NCBI GenBank assembly: GCA_010909165.1
Contig: VJWM01000044.1
Location: forward strand, 1,984,001 to 2,048,000
DNA: 64,000 nucleotides
Origin: Anthoceros angustus
Lineage: Eukaryota; Plantae; Anthocerotophyta
Reading direction: 5' to 3'
Made by a program: the position numbers and the translations under genes. The first letter of the stretch is position 1. The number at the start of each line of letters is the position of its first letter. The notes under the pieces are model-generated. The model made no database searches. It was not told where the DNA came from and saw only the letters and a list, made by a program, of their open reading frames with translations. Of the stretch, positions 63,901 through 64,000 are shown piece by piece.

Positions 63901-64000
63901 CTCGGTCCGGACCTCGGGGTCGGTCTCGACTCCGGTCCGGACCTCGGGGTCAGTCTCGACTCGGTCGGACCTCGAGGTCCGGTCTCGACTCGAGTCCGGA
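60930..64000. repeat. ~1.55-kb tandem repeat (two copies, continuing off the edge), each with two arrays of a quasi-palindromic ~30-bp subrepeat
   Basis: Landmarks recur at about +1545-1550 (CTCTCCGTCCGGCTCAGACGCC ~60941/~62484; AAGAAGACGCAGCATCAACACC ~61140/~62691; GGACTAGAGACAAACCAGAGC ~62174/~63723). Subrepeat arrays at about 61540-61800, 62225-62480, 63070-63340 and 63770-64000. Confidence 0.92.

Noticed and set aside
60930-64000. rDNA intergenic spacer interpretation, and the Ser/Pro/Asp-rich ORFs across the repeats
   Set aside because: No rRNA sequence or Pol I start motif in the window; the ORFs are by-products of 30-bp GC-rich periodicity.

Overview
Eukaryotic land-plant nuclear DNA with short GT-AG introns, GC-rich gene 5' ends and many transposons. 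The gene density and a KP/'DRH'-type PPR-DYW gene suggest a hornwort, or another U-to-C editing lineage (fern/lycophyte); this is inference only. Host genes, left to right: PLS-PPR-DYW:KP editing factor (+), UDP-glucose 4-epimerase (+), an orphan ORF with a hydrophobic segment (+), RimM-UDP-sugar pyrophosphorylase fusion (+), PDCD2-like (-), a multi-exon PH-domain/coiled-coil gene that the ORF track essentially misses (+), STICHEL-like AAA+ (+), GDSL lipase (-), WDR25-like WD40 (-) and BYPASS1-like (-). The most unusual part is 35.7-55 kb. A complete 14.4-kb LTR element (39539-53938, minus strand) has 204-bp LTRs differing at 5 positions, an AGATA target duplication, a Met PBS and a PPT, but no recognisable RT, integrase or protease. 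Inside it are two divergently oriented, intron-containing, frameshifted transposase genes of the DGMDQ / LQLDN / GHTH (Sola-like, DUF7869-type) family. Between them lies a gene with a ParB/Sulfiredoxin-like domain, and the element also carries a spliced antisense ORF. A third fragment of the same transposase family lies just outside. Also present: two TA-flanked MITEs, a truncated REL-type non-LTR retrotransposon, several minisatellites, and a ~1.55-kb tandem repeat with palindromic ~30-bp subrepeats running off the right edge. Some repeat copies look indel-rich, so part of the frameshifting may be assembly error. All domain calls come from motif recognition by eye; no database searches were run.
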